Source: Clostridia bacterium (lineage in GTDB: Bacteria > Bacillota > Clostridia > Oscillospirales > CAG-272). Taken from it: a stretch of DNA of 64,000 bases. The DNA lies in assembly GCA_017396225.1 (NCBI GenBank), contig JAFQMP010000073.1:1897-65896 (forward strand), in the 5' to 3' direction. The notes under the pieces are model-generated. The model searched no databases. It saw nothing but the letters and a program-made list of their open reading frames with translations, and was not told where the DNA came from. Shown here piece by piece: positions 46,573 through 55,315 of the stretch. The position numbers were made by a program, and so were the translations under genes. How positions within the stretch are numbered: position 1 is the first letter of the stretch; the number at the start of each line of letters is the position of its first letter.

Positions 46573-47103
46573 TTAATCTCTTGTATGGTCGTCCCACAGG
46601 ACAATTTCGCCCTTTTCGCGCGTGCGGTCCAAATCAATCAGGCGCTGATTTGAGGAGCCGCGGAAGCGCAGACGGATATCATAAAGCTCTTCTACGAACT
46701 CACCGTCCACCAGCACGTTGATATAAGACAGCAGCTCATCGGTCACCTCGCAGTGCGCGGCGCCGCCCGCCGCAAGCGCATCAAGCGTATAGCCCGAATA
46801 GCACCAAACGGTTTTAGTGGGGTAACGGGTACGGATTTTCCGCAATAAGGAAAGTAATGCACGCTGGTTACAGGGCTCCATCGGCTCACCACCGAGGAGG
46901 GTCAGTCCCGCGATAAAATCGGGGGCCAACAATTCCAAAATCTCCTGCTCGGTTTCGGTTGTAAAGGGCGTGCCGTAATCAAAATCCCAAGTGTCGGGAT
47001 TAAAGCAGCCCTTACAATGGTGCGTACAGCCCGACACAAAAAGCGACACCCGTACCCCCGGTCCGTCGGCAATATCCCTTTTTTTAATGACACCGTAATT
47101 CAT
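46573..47103 (-). CDS. nrdG: anaerobic ribonucleotide reductase activating protein
   Basis: 176 aa with the radical-SAM cluster motif CTHHCKGCFN. Confidence 0.9.
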   Translation of the reverse strand: MNYGVIKKRDIADGPGVRVSLFVSGCTHHCKGCFNPDTWDFDYGTPFTTETEQEILELLAPDFIAGLTLLGGEPMEPCNQRALLSLLRKIRTRYPTKTVWCYSGYTLDALAAGGAAHCEVTDELLSYINVLVDGEFVEELYDIRLRFRGSSNQRLIDLDRTREKGEIVLWDDHTRD

Positions 47104-47105
47104 AA

Positions 47106-49289
47106 TTAAAGGTGGAGAACGCGCTCCTGAATCTCCTTGGTTCTGCCCTGATTCCAGTACTGCGTACCAATATAGCCACAGGTACGGCGGGCAACGTTCA
47201 TCTTGTTCTGGTCACGATTATGGCAGTGCGGGCACTCCCATACAAGCTTACCATCGTCCTCTACAATCTGGATTTCTCCGTCGTAGCCGCAGACCTGGCA
47301 ATAATCGCTCTTGGTATTCAGCTCGGCATACATGATATTATTGTAAATGAACTTCATCACCTCAAGCACGGCAGGCAGATTATCCTGCATATTGGGCACC
47401 TCAACGTAGCTGATAGCACCGCCGGGCGAAAGCTCCTGGAACTTGGACTCAAACGCCAGCTTATCGAATGCATCAATCTCCTCGGTAACGTGAATGTGAT
47501 AGGAGTTGGTGATGTAGCTGCGGTCAGTCACACCGGGAATCTTACCAAAGCGCTTCTGCAGGCACTTGGCAAACTTGTAGGTGGTGGACTCCAGAGGCGT
47601 GCCGTAGAGCGAGTAGTGAATGTTCTCGGCATCTCTCCAGCGCTTGCAGGCATCATTCAGATACCGCATAACCTCAAGACCGAATTTCTCGCCCTCAGGG
47701 TCGGTCAGCTTCTTGCCCGTTACGGCATAAACACACTCCCAAAGACCTGCGTAGCCAAGCGAAATGGTGGAGTAACCGCCATGAAGCAGCTTGGTAATGG
47801 GCTCGCCCTTCTTCAAGCGGGCAAGTGCGCCGTACTGCCAGAGAATGGGGGCAGCATCGGAAAGGGTGCCCTCCAGGCGCTCGTGACGGCACTGCAGTGC
47901 GCGGTGGCAGAGCTCAAGACGCTCATCAAGCACCTCCCAGAATCTTGCAACATCGCGACCCTCCAGGGTGGCAGTGCAGGCGGCGTCAACAAGGTTAATG
48001 GTTACAACGCCCTGGTTGAAACGGCCATAGTACTTCGCCTTGCCGTTTTCATCAACCCAAGTGGTCAAAAAGCTACGGCAGCCCATGCAGGTGTAGCATT
48101 GACCGTCGCCGTTGTCGTCGACCTTCAGCTGCTTCATCACCTTCTCGGAGATATAGTCGGGCACCATACGCTTTGCGGTGCACTTTGCAGCAAGCTGCGT
48201 AAGCTCCCAATAGGGAGAATCCTCGTGAATATTATCCTCCTCAAGCACATAAATGAGCTTGGGGAATGCAGGGGTTACATAAACGCCCGCCTCATTCTTG
48301 ACGCCGCGAATACGCTGGTTCAACACCTCGCGGATAATCAGGGCGAGGTCTCTCTTGGTCTGAGGGTCCTGCACCTCACCCAGGTACATAAATACCGTGA
48401 CGAAGGGTGCCTGACCGTTGGTGGTCAGCAGGGTGACAACCTGATACTGAATGGTCTGTACACCGCGGCTGATTTCCTTGAGCAGACGCTGCTCCACAAT
48501 CTCGGCAAGCTTGTCCGCAGAGGGCGCAACACCAAGGCTTTCCATTTCGGCAGCAACCTCGCGTCTGATTTTCTCGCGCGAAACCTGCACGAAGGGTGCA
48601 AGGTGAGAAAGTGAAATGCTCTGGCCGCCGTACTGGTTGGAGGCAACCTGTGCGATAATCTGCGTTGCGATGTTGCAGGCGGTGGAAAAGCTGTGAGGCT
48701 TTTCAATCAGCGTGCCGCTGATAACGGTGCCGTTTTGCAGCATATCCTCAAGGTTGACAAGGTCGCAGTTGTGCATATGCTGTGCAAAGTAGTCGGCATC
48801 ATGGAAGTGGATAATCCCCTCCTCGTGTGCGCGGACGATATCCTCGGGCAGGAGAATACGGCGCGTCAAGTCCTTGGAAACCTCGCCTGCCATATAGTCA
48901 CGCTGTACGCTGTTGACGGTAGGATTTTTGTTGGAGTTTTCCTGCTTCACCTCTTCGTTGTTGCACTCGATGAGGGAAAGGATATGCTCGTCGGTGGTAT
49001 TGGCGCGGCGTGCCAGGTTACGGGTAAAGCGGTAGCGAATATAGCGCTTTGCGGTTTCGGGGGCGTTCTGCTGAATAATCAGGGTTTCGACCAGCTCCTG
49101 AATCTCCTCAACCGAGAGGGCGCGGCCAACATCATTGCAGTAATCCTCAATGACGAAGGAGATATAGTCAATCTGTCGCTTGGTCAGCTCAGGCTTGCCC
49201 TCGCCGCTTTCGTTTGCGCGCTCGATTGCACGTACGATTTTCTCGCGGTCAAAGGTCACCTCAGCACCGTTTCTCTTAATGATTTTCAT
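47106..49289 (-). CDS. nrdD: anaerobic ribonucleoside-triphosphate reductase
   Basis: 727 aa. N-terminal ATP-cone, C-terminal Zn ribbon (CQVCGY...CPHC) and glycyl-radical motif RRTCGYIG. Confidence 0.95.
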   Translation of the reverse strand: MKIIKRNGAEVTFDREKIVRAIERANESGEGKPELTKRQIDYISFVIEDYCNDVGRALSVEEIQELVETLIIQQNAPETAKRYIRYRFTRNLARRANTTDEHILSLIECNNEEVKQENSNKNPTVNSVQRDYMAGEVSKDLTRRILLPEDIVRAHEEGIIHFHDADYFAQHMHNCDLVNLEDMLQNGTVISGTLIEKPHSFSTACNIATQIIAQVASNQYGGQSISLSHLAPFVQVSREKIRREVAAEMESLGVAPSADKLAEIVEQRLLKEISRGVQTIQYQVVTLLTTNGQAPFVTVFMYLGEVQDPQTKRDLALIIREVLNQRIRGVKNEAGVYVTPAFPKLIYVLEEDNIHEDSPYWELTQLAAKCTAKRMVPDYISEKVMKQLKVDDNGDGQCYTCMGCRSFLTTWVDENGKAKYYGRFNQGVVTINLVDAACTATLEGRDVARFWEVLDERLELCHRALQCRHERLEGTLSDAAPILWQYGALARLKKGEPITKLLHGGYSTISLGYAGLWECVYAVTGKKLTDPEGEKFGLEVMRYLNDACKRWRDAENIHYSLYGTPLESTTYKFAKCLQKRFGKIPGVTDRSYITNSYHIHVTEEIDAFDKLAFESKFQELSPGGAISYVEVPNMQDNLPAVLEVMKFIYNNIMYAELNTKSDYCQVCGYDGEIQIVEDDGKLVWECPHCHNRDQNKMNVARRTCGYIGTQYWNQGRTKEIQERVLHL

Positions 49290-49352
49290 ATTTTCCCTTT
49301 CCCTTCCGGCGCCACGTGCGCCTCAACATTTAGGTACATCTCTCAACAGCAA

Positions 49353-49367
49353 ACACAATATCTTGTG
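49353..49367. promoter_or_regulatory. candidate NrdR box
   Basis: ACACAATATCTTGTG imperfect palindrome about 65 nt upstream of the nrdD start. Only one box was recognised. Confidence 0.4.
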
Positions 49368-49617
49368 CCGCAGCAAAAATTAGTATACCACGGAGCAGGC
49401 AAAAAGGCAAGCATTTTTTCGATAAAATAATACACAAAAATAAGGCCTCTGTTTTGGTGCTTTTTTTCTCTTTTCGCGACAAGATAAATTACCGCCGTGA
49501 CAGTCTTAAAAAAGGCTCCTTTTCGCGCGCGCACAAAGCGCGCACGCATATTTATATATGGTAGCACGCAAAAGCCCGCCCCTTTGGTGATTCCCGCAAA
49601 AAATATTCCGAACCCCC

Positions 49618-49646
49618 TTGCATTGTGAAAGGAAATAAGGTAAAAT
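49618..49646 (+). promoter_or_regulatory. sigma-A promoter of prfC
   Basis: TTGCAT, 17-nt spacer, TAAAAT. Confidence 0.55.
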
Positions 49647-49679
49647 ATAGAGCGATATTTATTTTTTAAGGATAAGAGC

Positions 49680-51272
49680 ATGGACGAAAGAACAAAAAAA
49701 GAAATTGAGCGAAGAAGAACCTTCGCCATTATCTCTCACCCCGACGCAGGTAAAACCACCCTGACCGAAAAGCTGCTTTTATACGGCGGCGCCATTCAAT
49801 CAGCCGGCTCGGTCAAGGGCAAACAGAGCGACCGCCATGCGGTTTCTGACTGGATGGAGCTTGAAAAGCAGCGCGGCATCTCGGTCACCTCTTCGGTTTT
49901 ACAGTTTGAATATAACGGCTACTGCATCAACATTCTCGATACCCCCGGTCACCAGGACTTCTCGGAGGACACCTACCGCACGCTCATGGCAGCGGACAGT
50001 GCCGTTATGGTGATTGATGCTGCCAAGGGCATTGAGCCGCAGACCAGAAAGCTTTTCCACGTCTGTGCCAAGCGCGGCATTCCGATTTTCACCTTTATCA
50101 ACAAGCTCGACCACGAGGCACGTGACCCCTTTGACCTGCTTGATGAGCTGGAGCGTGAATTTGGCATCGGTACCTATCCCATGAACTGGCCGATTAGCTG
50201 CGGCGTAACCTTCAAGGGCGTTTATGACCGCCGCGAGCACGCCATTCACACCTTTGACAACGCACACGGCGGACGTAATCGCCTTGCCTCGATTGCCTGC
50301 GATATCGGCGATACCGCAACACTGGATTCGCTGATTGGCGAAAATTTACGCTGCGAGCTTTGCGAGCAGGTAGAGCTTTTGGACGGTGCCTCCTTTGACT
50401 TTGACCTTGAGGCAATCGCCAAGGGCAAGCTCTCCCCCGTTTTCTTCGGCTCGGCACTCAACAACTTTGGTGTAGAGGACTTTTTGCGCTATTTCCTGCA
50501 ATTAACCCCCACGCCCCTGCCCCGCGAAGCCGATACGGGCACGGTTGATCCCTTTGACGACGGCTTCTCTGCCTTCGTCTTTAAGATTCAGGCAAACATG
50601 AACAAGGCACACCGCGACCGCATTGCCTTTATGCGTATCTGCTCGGGCAAATTTGAGCGCGGCAAGGAATATTTCCACATGCAGGCAGGTCGCCCCGTTA
50701 AGCTCTCTCAGCCTCAGCAGATGATGGCAGAGGAGAGAGAGGGCATCGAGGAAGCCTATGCCGGCGATATCATCGGCGTGTTTGACCCCGGCATTTTCTC
50801 CATCGGTGACACCGTCTGCGCCAAGGACAAAAAGGTTATCTTTGAAGGTATCCCCACCTTTGCCCCCGAGCATTTTGCCATGGTGGAGCAGATTGACTCG
50901 ATGAAGCGCAAGCAATTTGCCAAGGGCATGAACCAGATTGCCCAGGAGGGTGCAATCCGCATCTTCTTTGAGCCTGATGCAGGCTACGAGCGCGTCTTTG
51001 TCGGCGTCATCGGCGTGCTGCAATATGACGTGCTGAAATTCCGTATGAAATCGGAATACGGCGTCGATTATATCAAGCGCGAGCTCCCCTTCCAGTTTAT
51101 CAAGCGCATCAAGTCCTATGACGGCGACCTTGCAAGGCTGAGCCTCGCCTCCGATACCAGACGCGTGGTTGACGTACGCGAAAAGCAGTACCTGCTTTTC
51201 ACCGGTCAGTGGAGCATCAAGTGGGCACTTGACAACAATCCCTCCCTCGTGCTTGAGGACTTCGACCAATAA
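49680..51272 (+). CDS. prfC: peptide chain release factor 3
   Basis: 530 aa. GTPase motifs AIISHPDAGKTTLTEKLL, DTPGHQDF, NKLD. Confidence 0.95.
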   Translation: MDERTKKEIERRRTFAIISHPDAGKTTLTEKLLLYGGAIQSAGSVKGKQSDRHAVSDWMELEKQRGISVTSSVLQFEYNGYCINILDTPGHQDFSEDTYRTLMAADSAVMVIDAAKGIEPQTRKLFHVCAKRGIPIFTFINKLDHEARDPFDLLDELEREFGIGTYPMNWPISCGVTFKGVYDRREHAIHTFDNAHGGRNRLASIACDIGDTATLDSLIGENLRCELCEQVELLDGASFDFDLEAIAKGKLSPVFFGSALNNFGVEDFLRYFLQLTPTPLPREADTGTVDPFDDGFSAFVFKIQANMNKAHRDRIAFMRICSGKFERGKEYFHMQAGRPVKLSQPQQMMAEEREGIEEAYAGDIIGVFDPGIFSIGDTVCAKDKKVIFEGIPTFAPEHFAMVEQIDSMKRKQFAKGMNQIAQEGAIRIFFEPDAGYERVFVGVIGVLQYDVLKFRMKSEYGVDYIKRELPFQFIKRIKSYDGDLARLSLASDTRRVVDVREKQYLLFTGQWSIKWALDNNPSLVLEDFDQ

Positions 51273-51309
51273 TATTTCCAAATTCAAAAATAAATTTTCC
51301 AATTCCAAA

Positions 51310-51357
51310 GCAAAAGCATCGCGGCATTTTCCAAAATCGTGGTGCTTTTGCTGTTTT
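51310..51357 (+). terminator. rho-independent terminator after prfC
   Basis: GCAAAAGCATCGCG...CGTGGTGCTTTTGC stem followed by TGTTTTT. Confidence 0.75.
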
Positions 51358-51420
51358 TACATCATTTTGATCCGTTTTTTTCGCACCGAAAATTCTCTGC
51401 TACAATCGGCGCGCGCCGCA

Positions 51421-51449
51421 TTGACTTTTCCCTGCATTTATGTTATACT
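51421..51449 (+). promoter_or_regulatory. sigma-A promoter of the DUF1292 gene
   Basis: TTGACT, 17-nt spacer, TATACT. Confidence 0.6.
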
Positions 51450-51519
51450 GAACTTGGCAAGATGCCATGCAATTTCCCCACCCGACGGGGCATACTATAA
51501 AGGAACGAGGTACTAAGAT

Positions 51520-51825
51520 ATGAGCGAATTGAAAAGACCCGAAGCAGAAGAGGTTGACATCTACATTCTGCAGGACGAAGAAGGCAACGAGCACGAGTTT
51601 GAGCTGATTGGCACCTGCGAGAAAAACGGCGTAAAATACTACGCAATGATTGCAGTGGAAGATGCCGACAAGGAAGACGAGGTTTGCGAATACACCATTC
51701 TCAAAACCGTCATCGAAAACGGCGAGGAAACCCTTGTCACCATTGAGGACGATGACGAATTTGACGATGTTGCCGATTACTTTGACGATTTCTTCTCCTC
51801 CGAAATCGACTACGACCAGCAGTAA
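51520..51825 (+). CDS. DUF1292-family small acidic protein
   Basis: 101 aa: ILQDEEGNEHEFELIGTCEKNGVKYYAMIAVED...TIEDDDEFDDVADYFDD. Confidence 0.8.
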   Translation: MSELKRPEAEEVDIYILQDEEGNEHEFELIGTCEKNGVKYYAMIAVEDADKEDEVCEYTILKTVIENGEETLVTIEDDDEFDDVADYFDDFFSSEIDYDQQ

Positions 51826-52088
51826 GAATTCCCAAAATAAACCTCCTGCCTTTCTCGTGATATCCGAATTGCGGAGCCGACACACTTGATATGGAGCCCG
51901 GATAGAGTCCTGCTACGGTTTGCAGACCTCCCTCCCCCTTGCCAATTGACTTGTCTTGCCGAGGGTGCGAGGACGTTGGGAGCAGTAAAATAGCAGACAG
52001 GGCACCCCCTTGATAAATAGGGTTCTCTATACTCGGGTACACGGCTGGGTGGGTTTTCTCTAATGCACCCGACAGTCGGGCAACCAAT

Positions 52089-52116
52089 AAAAAAGCACCC
52101 CTCGGGGTGCTTTTTT
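52089..52116 (+). terminator. rho-independent terminator (A-run/T-run flanked)
   Basis: GCACCCC-TC-GGGGTGC stem followed by TTTTTT. Closes the ~290-nt non-coding stretch after the DUF1292 gene. Confidence 0.85.
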
Positions 52117-52140
52117 ATATTCGCTTGAAATAAATTATCT

Positions 52141-52563
52141 TTGCACACGACCGAAGCCGTCGCCACCACATACAATTTTAGAGGTATCTACACCGAAATA
52201 GCGCAGCGAAGCAACCGTCGCCTACCGATTGCCTCGGTGAGGCAGAGCTCGCCGCCACCAAAGATGCGCACCATCAAAAAGGAATGGCAGGGCGGCTCTG
52301 CAGACGCAATGTGTATGGCAAAAACACACCTTAACCGCGCCCTGATTATACTGGCAAGAAACGCACTGGCAAACACAGAGCACACACCCGCGAAATACAT
52401 CACCGTCAGACGCATTGAACGCGCCGTGGGGCTCTTAAAAACCACCGATAAAAGCGTGCTGGAAATCGCCACCGAATGCGGCTTCAACAATACCGCAAAC
52501 TTCAATAAGCTATTCAAGAATCATACGGGAACCGTCCCAAAAGCCATTCGCGCCGCGCGCTGA
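52141..52563 (+). pseudogene. AraC-family regulator remnant (C-terminal HTH domain only)
   Basis: Only the last ~75 aa look AraC-like (TPAKYITVRRIERAVGLLKTTDKSVLEIATECGFNNTANFNKLFKNHTGTVPKAIR). No sensor domain, no convincing RBS, and a non-protein-like N-terminal 40 aa. Confidence 0.4.
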
Positions 52564-52711
52564 CCCCCACGCCTTGCACGCAAGCACGAAACGGATTAAT
52601 TTTTTCAATTTTTACTGAAGGGTACGGTTGCATTTTTTATACATATATGCTATAATAATTGTCGTAAACCCCCCTGCTTTTCCAAATACACTTTACAAGG
52701 AGAACTTAATT

Positions 52712-53431
52712 ATGAACATTATTGTTTGCAAAAATTACGACGAAATGTCCCTGCGCTCCGCAGAAATTATGGCTGAGGTCATCAAGGGAAAGCCCGCTTG
52801 CGTGCTTGGCATGGCAACCGGTTCGACCCCGATTGGTCTTTACCGGAACCTCATTCGCATGAACAAGGCGGGCGAAATTTCCTTCAAGGACGTGACCACC
52901 GTCAACCTTGACGAATATTATCCCATCGCGCCCACCAATGACCAGAGCTACCGCTACTTTATGAACGAGCAGCTCTTTGACCACGTTGACATTGACAAAG
53001 CAAAGACCAGCGTGCCCGACGGCACCGCTGCAGACCCTGAGGCTGAATGCCGCCGCTATGAGGAAATGATTTCCCTGCTTGGTGGTATTGACGTGCAGAT
53101 TCTCGGTATCGGCCGCAACGGCCACATCGGCTTCAACGAACCCGATGCAAAGCTGATTCTTGACACCCACGTCACCGACCTCACTGCCTCCACCATCGAG
53201 GCAAACTCCCGCTTCTTCGCCTCCGAGGCTGATGTGCCGCGCCGCGCACTGACCATGGGCATCGGCTCTATCTTCAAGGCAAGGAAGATTATCCTGATGG
53301 TTTCGGGCGCCGAAAAGAAGGCTGCCGTTTCCGCACTGCTTTCCCGCACACTTGACACCAATTTCCCTCTCACTATGCTGAATCTCCACCCCGATGTCAC
53401 CCTCGTTTGCACCGCAGACGTGCTTGACTGA
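52712..53431 (+). CDS. nagB: glucosamine-6-phosphate deaminase
   Basis: 239 aa from MNIIVCKNYDEMS (RBS AAGGAGAA). Motifs GMATGSTPIGLY and GIGRNGHIGFNEP. Confidence 0.9.
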   Translation: MNIIVCKNYDEMSLRSAEIMAEVIKGKPACVLGMATGSTPIGLYRNLIRMNKAGEISFKDVTTVNLDEYYPIAPTNDQSYRYFMNEQLFDHVDIDKAKTSVPDGTAADPEAECRRYEEMISLLGGIDVQILGIGRNGHIGFNEPDAKLILDTHVTDLTASTIEANSRFFASEADVPRRALTMGIGSIFKARKIILMVSGAEKKAAVSALLSRTLDTNFPLTMLNLHPDVTLVCTADVLD

Positions 53432-53457
53432 TTTTCCACAAGAAAGGGACTGTTAAA

Positions 53458-54873
53458 ATGATTCAATTCGGCACAGGCGGCTGGCGCGCCATCATCGGCG
53501 ATGACTTTATCCGCGAAAATATTGTAAAGGTTGCAACAGGTCTTGCCAAGCTTGCGGGGGAAGAAGGAAAGACCGACAAGCCGATTCCGATTGGGTACGA
53601 CCGCCGCTTCCTTTCCGACAAGGCAGCAAAATGGGTGGCAGAGGTGCTTGCCGCAAACGGCATCAAGGTATGGTTTATGAAGCGCTCTGCGCCCACGCCC
53701 CTTGTGATGTTCACAGGCAAGCACAACAACCTGCACTACGGTGTGGAAATCACCGCCTCCCATAACCCCGCCGAGTACAACGGCATCAAAATCTTCATTC
53801 ATGACGGACGTGATGCGGACGTTGCCACCACCGCGCGATTAGAGGCGCTCATCAATGCCACAGGCAACGATGAAATCAAGGCAATGCCCTTTGATAAGGC
53901 AGTCACCGCAGGTATGATTGAATTCCCCGATTTTCTCTTCAACGATTTCATTGATTCTATCATTTCCCGCCTGGATATAAACGCTATCCGCAAGAAGGGT
54001 CCCCGTATTCTCTTCAACCCGATGCACGGCTCGGGCACTTATCCCTTAATGGTGCTGATGTACACCGCGCGCTGCACCGTCGACCTGATGAACGCCAACA
54101 AGGACGCCTTCTTTGGTGGCAGCCTGCCTGCACCCACCGCACACACCCTTTCCGACCTTGCACGTCGCGTGGTAGAGGAAAAGTACGACCTCGGCATTGC
54201 CGTGGACGGTGACGGTGACCGCCTTGGCATTATTGACAATGACGGTACATACATTGATGCAAACCAGATTCTCGCGATGCTCTACTACTATCTGCACGAG
54301 TACCGCGGCTGGAAGGGCCCCGTTGTACGCAACCTTGCCACCACACATATGCTTGATATGATAGCCAAGGACTTTGGCGAGGAGTGCTTTGAGGTGCCCG
54401 TCGGCTTCAAGTGGATCAGTGCAAAGCTTGACGAGAGCGACGCCGTTCTCGGCGGTGAATCCTCGGGCGGTCTCACGGTGCGCGGTCACATCTACGGCAA
54501 GGACTCGGTTTACGCGGCCATGCTGTTTGTGGAAATGATTTCCGCTATCGGCAAATCCCCCTCCGAATTTTGGCAGGAGCTGACCGAGAAATACGGCAGC
54601 TTTGAAATGGTTGAGGCAAATCTTCGTTTCCTCCCCGAGGATAAAGCACGCATCAACAACTTGTTGATGGTTGAAAAGAAGGTCCCTGACTTCGGCAAAG
54701 AAATCGCCAAGCTTTCCTATGAGGACGGTTTCAAGGTCACCTTTGCCGACAACTCCTTCGTTATCTGCCGTTTCTCGGGCACCGAGCCCCTGTTGCGCGT
54801 TTTCGCAGAGGGTGCTACCGCCGATGCGGCACGCGCATTGATTACCACAATGAAGGACTTTATCGGCATTTAA
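53458..54873 (+). CDS. phosphohexomutase-family enzyme (phosphoglucomutase/phosphomannomutase type)
   Basis: 471 aa. Active-site loop TASHNPAEYNGIK, metal loop AVDGDGDR, sugar loop GGESSGG. Confidence 0.85.
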   Translation: MIQFGTGGWRAIIGDDFIRENIVKVATGLAKLAGEEGKTDKPIPIGYDRRFLSDKAAKWVAEVLAANGIKVWFMKRSAPTPLVMFTGKHNNLHYGVEITASHNPAEYNGIKIFIHDGRDADVATTARLEALINATGNDEIKAMPFDKAVTAGMIEFPDFLFNDFIDSIISRLDINAIRKKGPRILFNPMHGSGTYPLMVLMYTARCTVDLMNANKDAFFGGSLPAPTAHTLSDLARRVVEEKYDLGIAVDGDGDRLGIIDNDGTYIDANQILAMLYYYLHEYRGWKGPVVRNLATTHMLDMIAKDFGEECFEVPVGFKWISAKLDESDAVLGGESSGGLTVRGHIYGKDSVYAAMLFVEMISAIGKSPSEFWQELTEKYGSFEMVEANLRFLPEDKARINNLLMVEKKVPDFGKEIAKLSYEDGFKVTFADNSFVICRFSGTEPLLRVFAEGATADAARALITTMKDFIGI

Positions 54874-54950
54874 CCGTACGCCCAACAAATCCAAGCAGGC
54901 AAGCGACCACAGTTGAGCACTATCATCAAATCCCTGCTCTGATCATCTGT

Positions 54951-54986
54951 CAGGAGGTGCTTTTCGCACCTCCTGATTTTATTTTT
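54951..54986 (+). terminator. rho-independent terminator after the mutase gene
   Basis: CAGGAGGTGC-TTTTC-GCACCTCCTG followed by a T-rich run. Confidence 0.85.
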
Positions 54987-54996
54987 CAAAAAGGGG

Positions 54997-55025
54997 TTTA
55001 CAAACGGTGCTTTCTTGTGTATAAT
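54997..55025 (+). promoter_or_regulatory. sigma-A promoter of the T-box/cysES unit
   Basis: TTTACA, 17-nt spacer, TATAAT. Confidence 0.65.
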
Positions 55026-55029
55026 AATA

Positions 55030-55277
55030 GAAAGAAAATCGATGAACGGGAAAAGGCTCCGAAAACCGTCACAGAGAGTGCCGCCACGGCTGTAAGCGGC
55101 GCACGGTAAAGGAGAGATGTGCACCCGGGAGATGCCTTGGTGAATTTTCAGCTGAGGTCGTGTGGCTCGCGTTAAGGGCAGCCGCTTTCAGGCGGCGTGA
55201 GGGGGCAACGCGCCCCGAAACAGAGTGGAACCGCGGTTAAACCGCCTCTGTACCTATGGTACAGGGGTGTTTTTTTA
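55030..55277 (+). promoter_or_regulatory. T-box riboswitch leader, Cys specifier (UGC)
   Basis: AGAGAG element at 55073. Specifier-loop context GAGAUG-UGC-A at 55120-55122. T-box sequence AGAGTGGAACCGCGG at 55221-55235. Terminator CCTCTGTACC/GGTACAGGGG plus T-run at 55245-55277. Downstream genes are cysE and cysS. Confidence 0.85.
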
Positions 55278-55315
55278 TCGCAATTTACGAAATTTACAGA
55301 GGGAGGTAGACCCCT

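Noticed and set aside
49322-49345. Possible second NrdR box (ACATTTAGGTACATCT)
   Set aside because: Too few matches to the palindromic consensus. Reported only as a single box.
49343-49729. 128-aa minus-strand ORF between nrdD and prfC
   Set aside because: It spans both promoters and the prfC start. Composition is Phe/Leu/Lys-rich and AT-driven, with no RBS.
51860-52116. Idea that the structured stretch is SRP RNA, tmRNA or RNase P RNA
   Set aside because: The length is roughly SRP-like and GGGAGCAG vaguely recalls the helix-8 AGCA loop. However, the 5' arm between the GGGTGC stem and the apex is far too short and no GNRA apex or Alu-domain motifs are present. There is also no tmRNA tag ORF or CCA-end T-arm, and no RNase P P4 sequences (GAGGAAAGUCC / ACAGAA). 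6S RNA cannot be excluded by eye.
51737-52175. Minus-strand ORFs 51737..52087 (116 aa) and 51810..52175 (121 aa) across the structured non-coding stretch
   Set aside because: Arg/Gly/Pro-rich improbable proteins. One runs through a strong hairpin terminator. The region is better explained as RNA structure.
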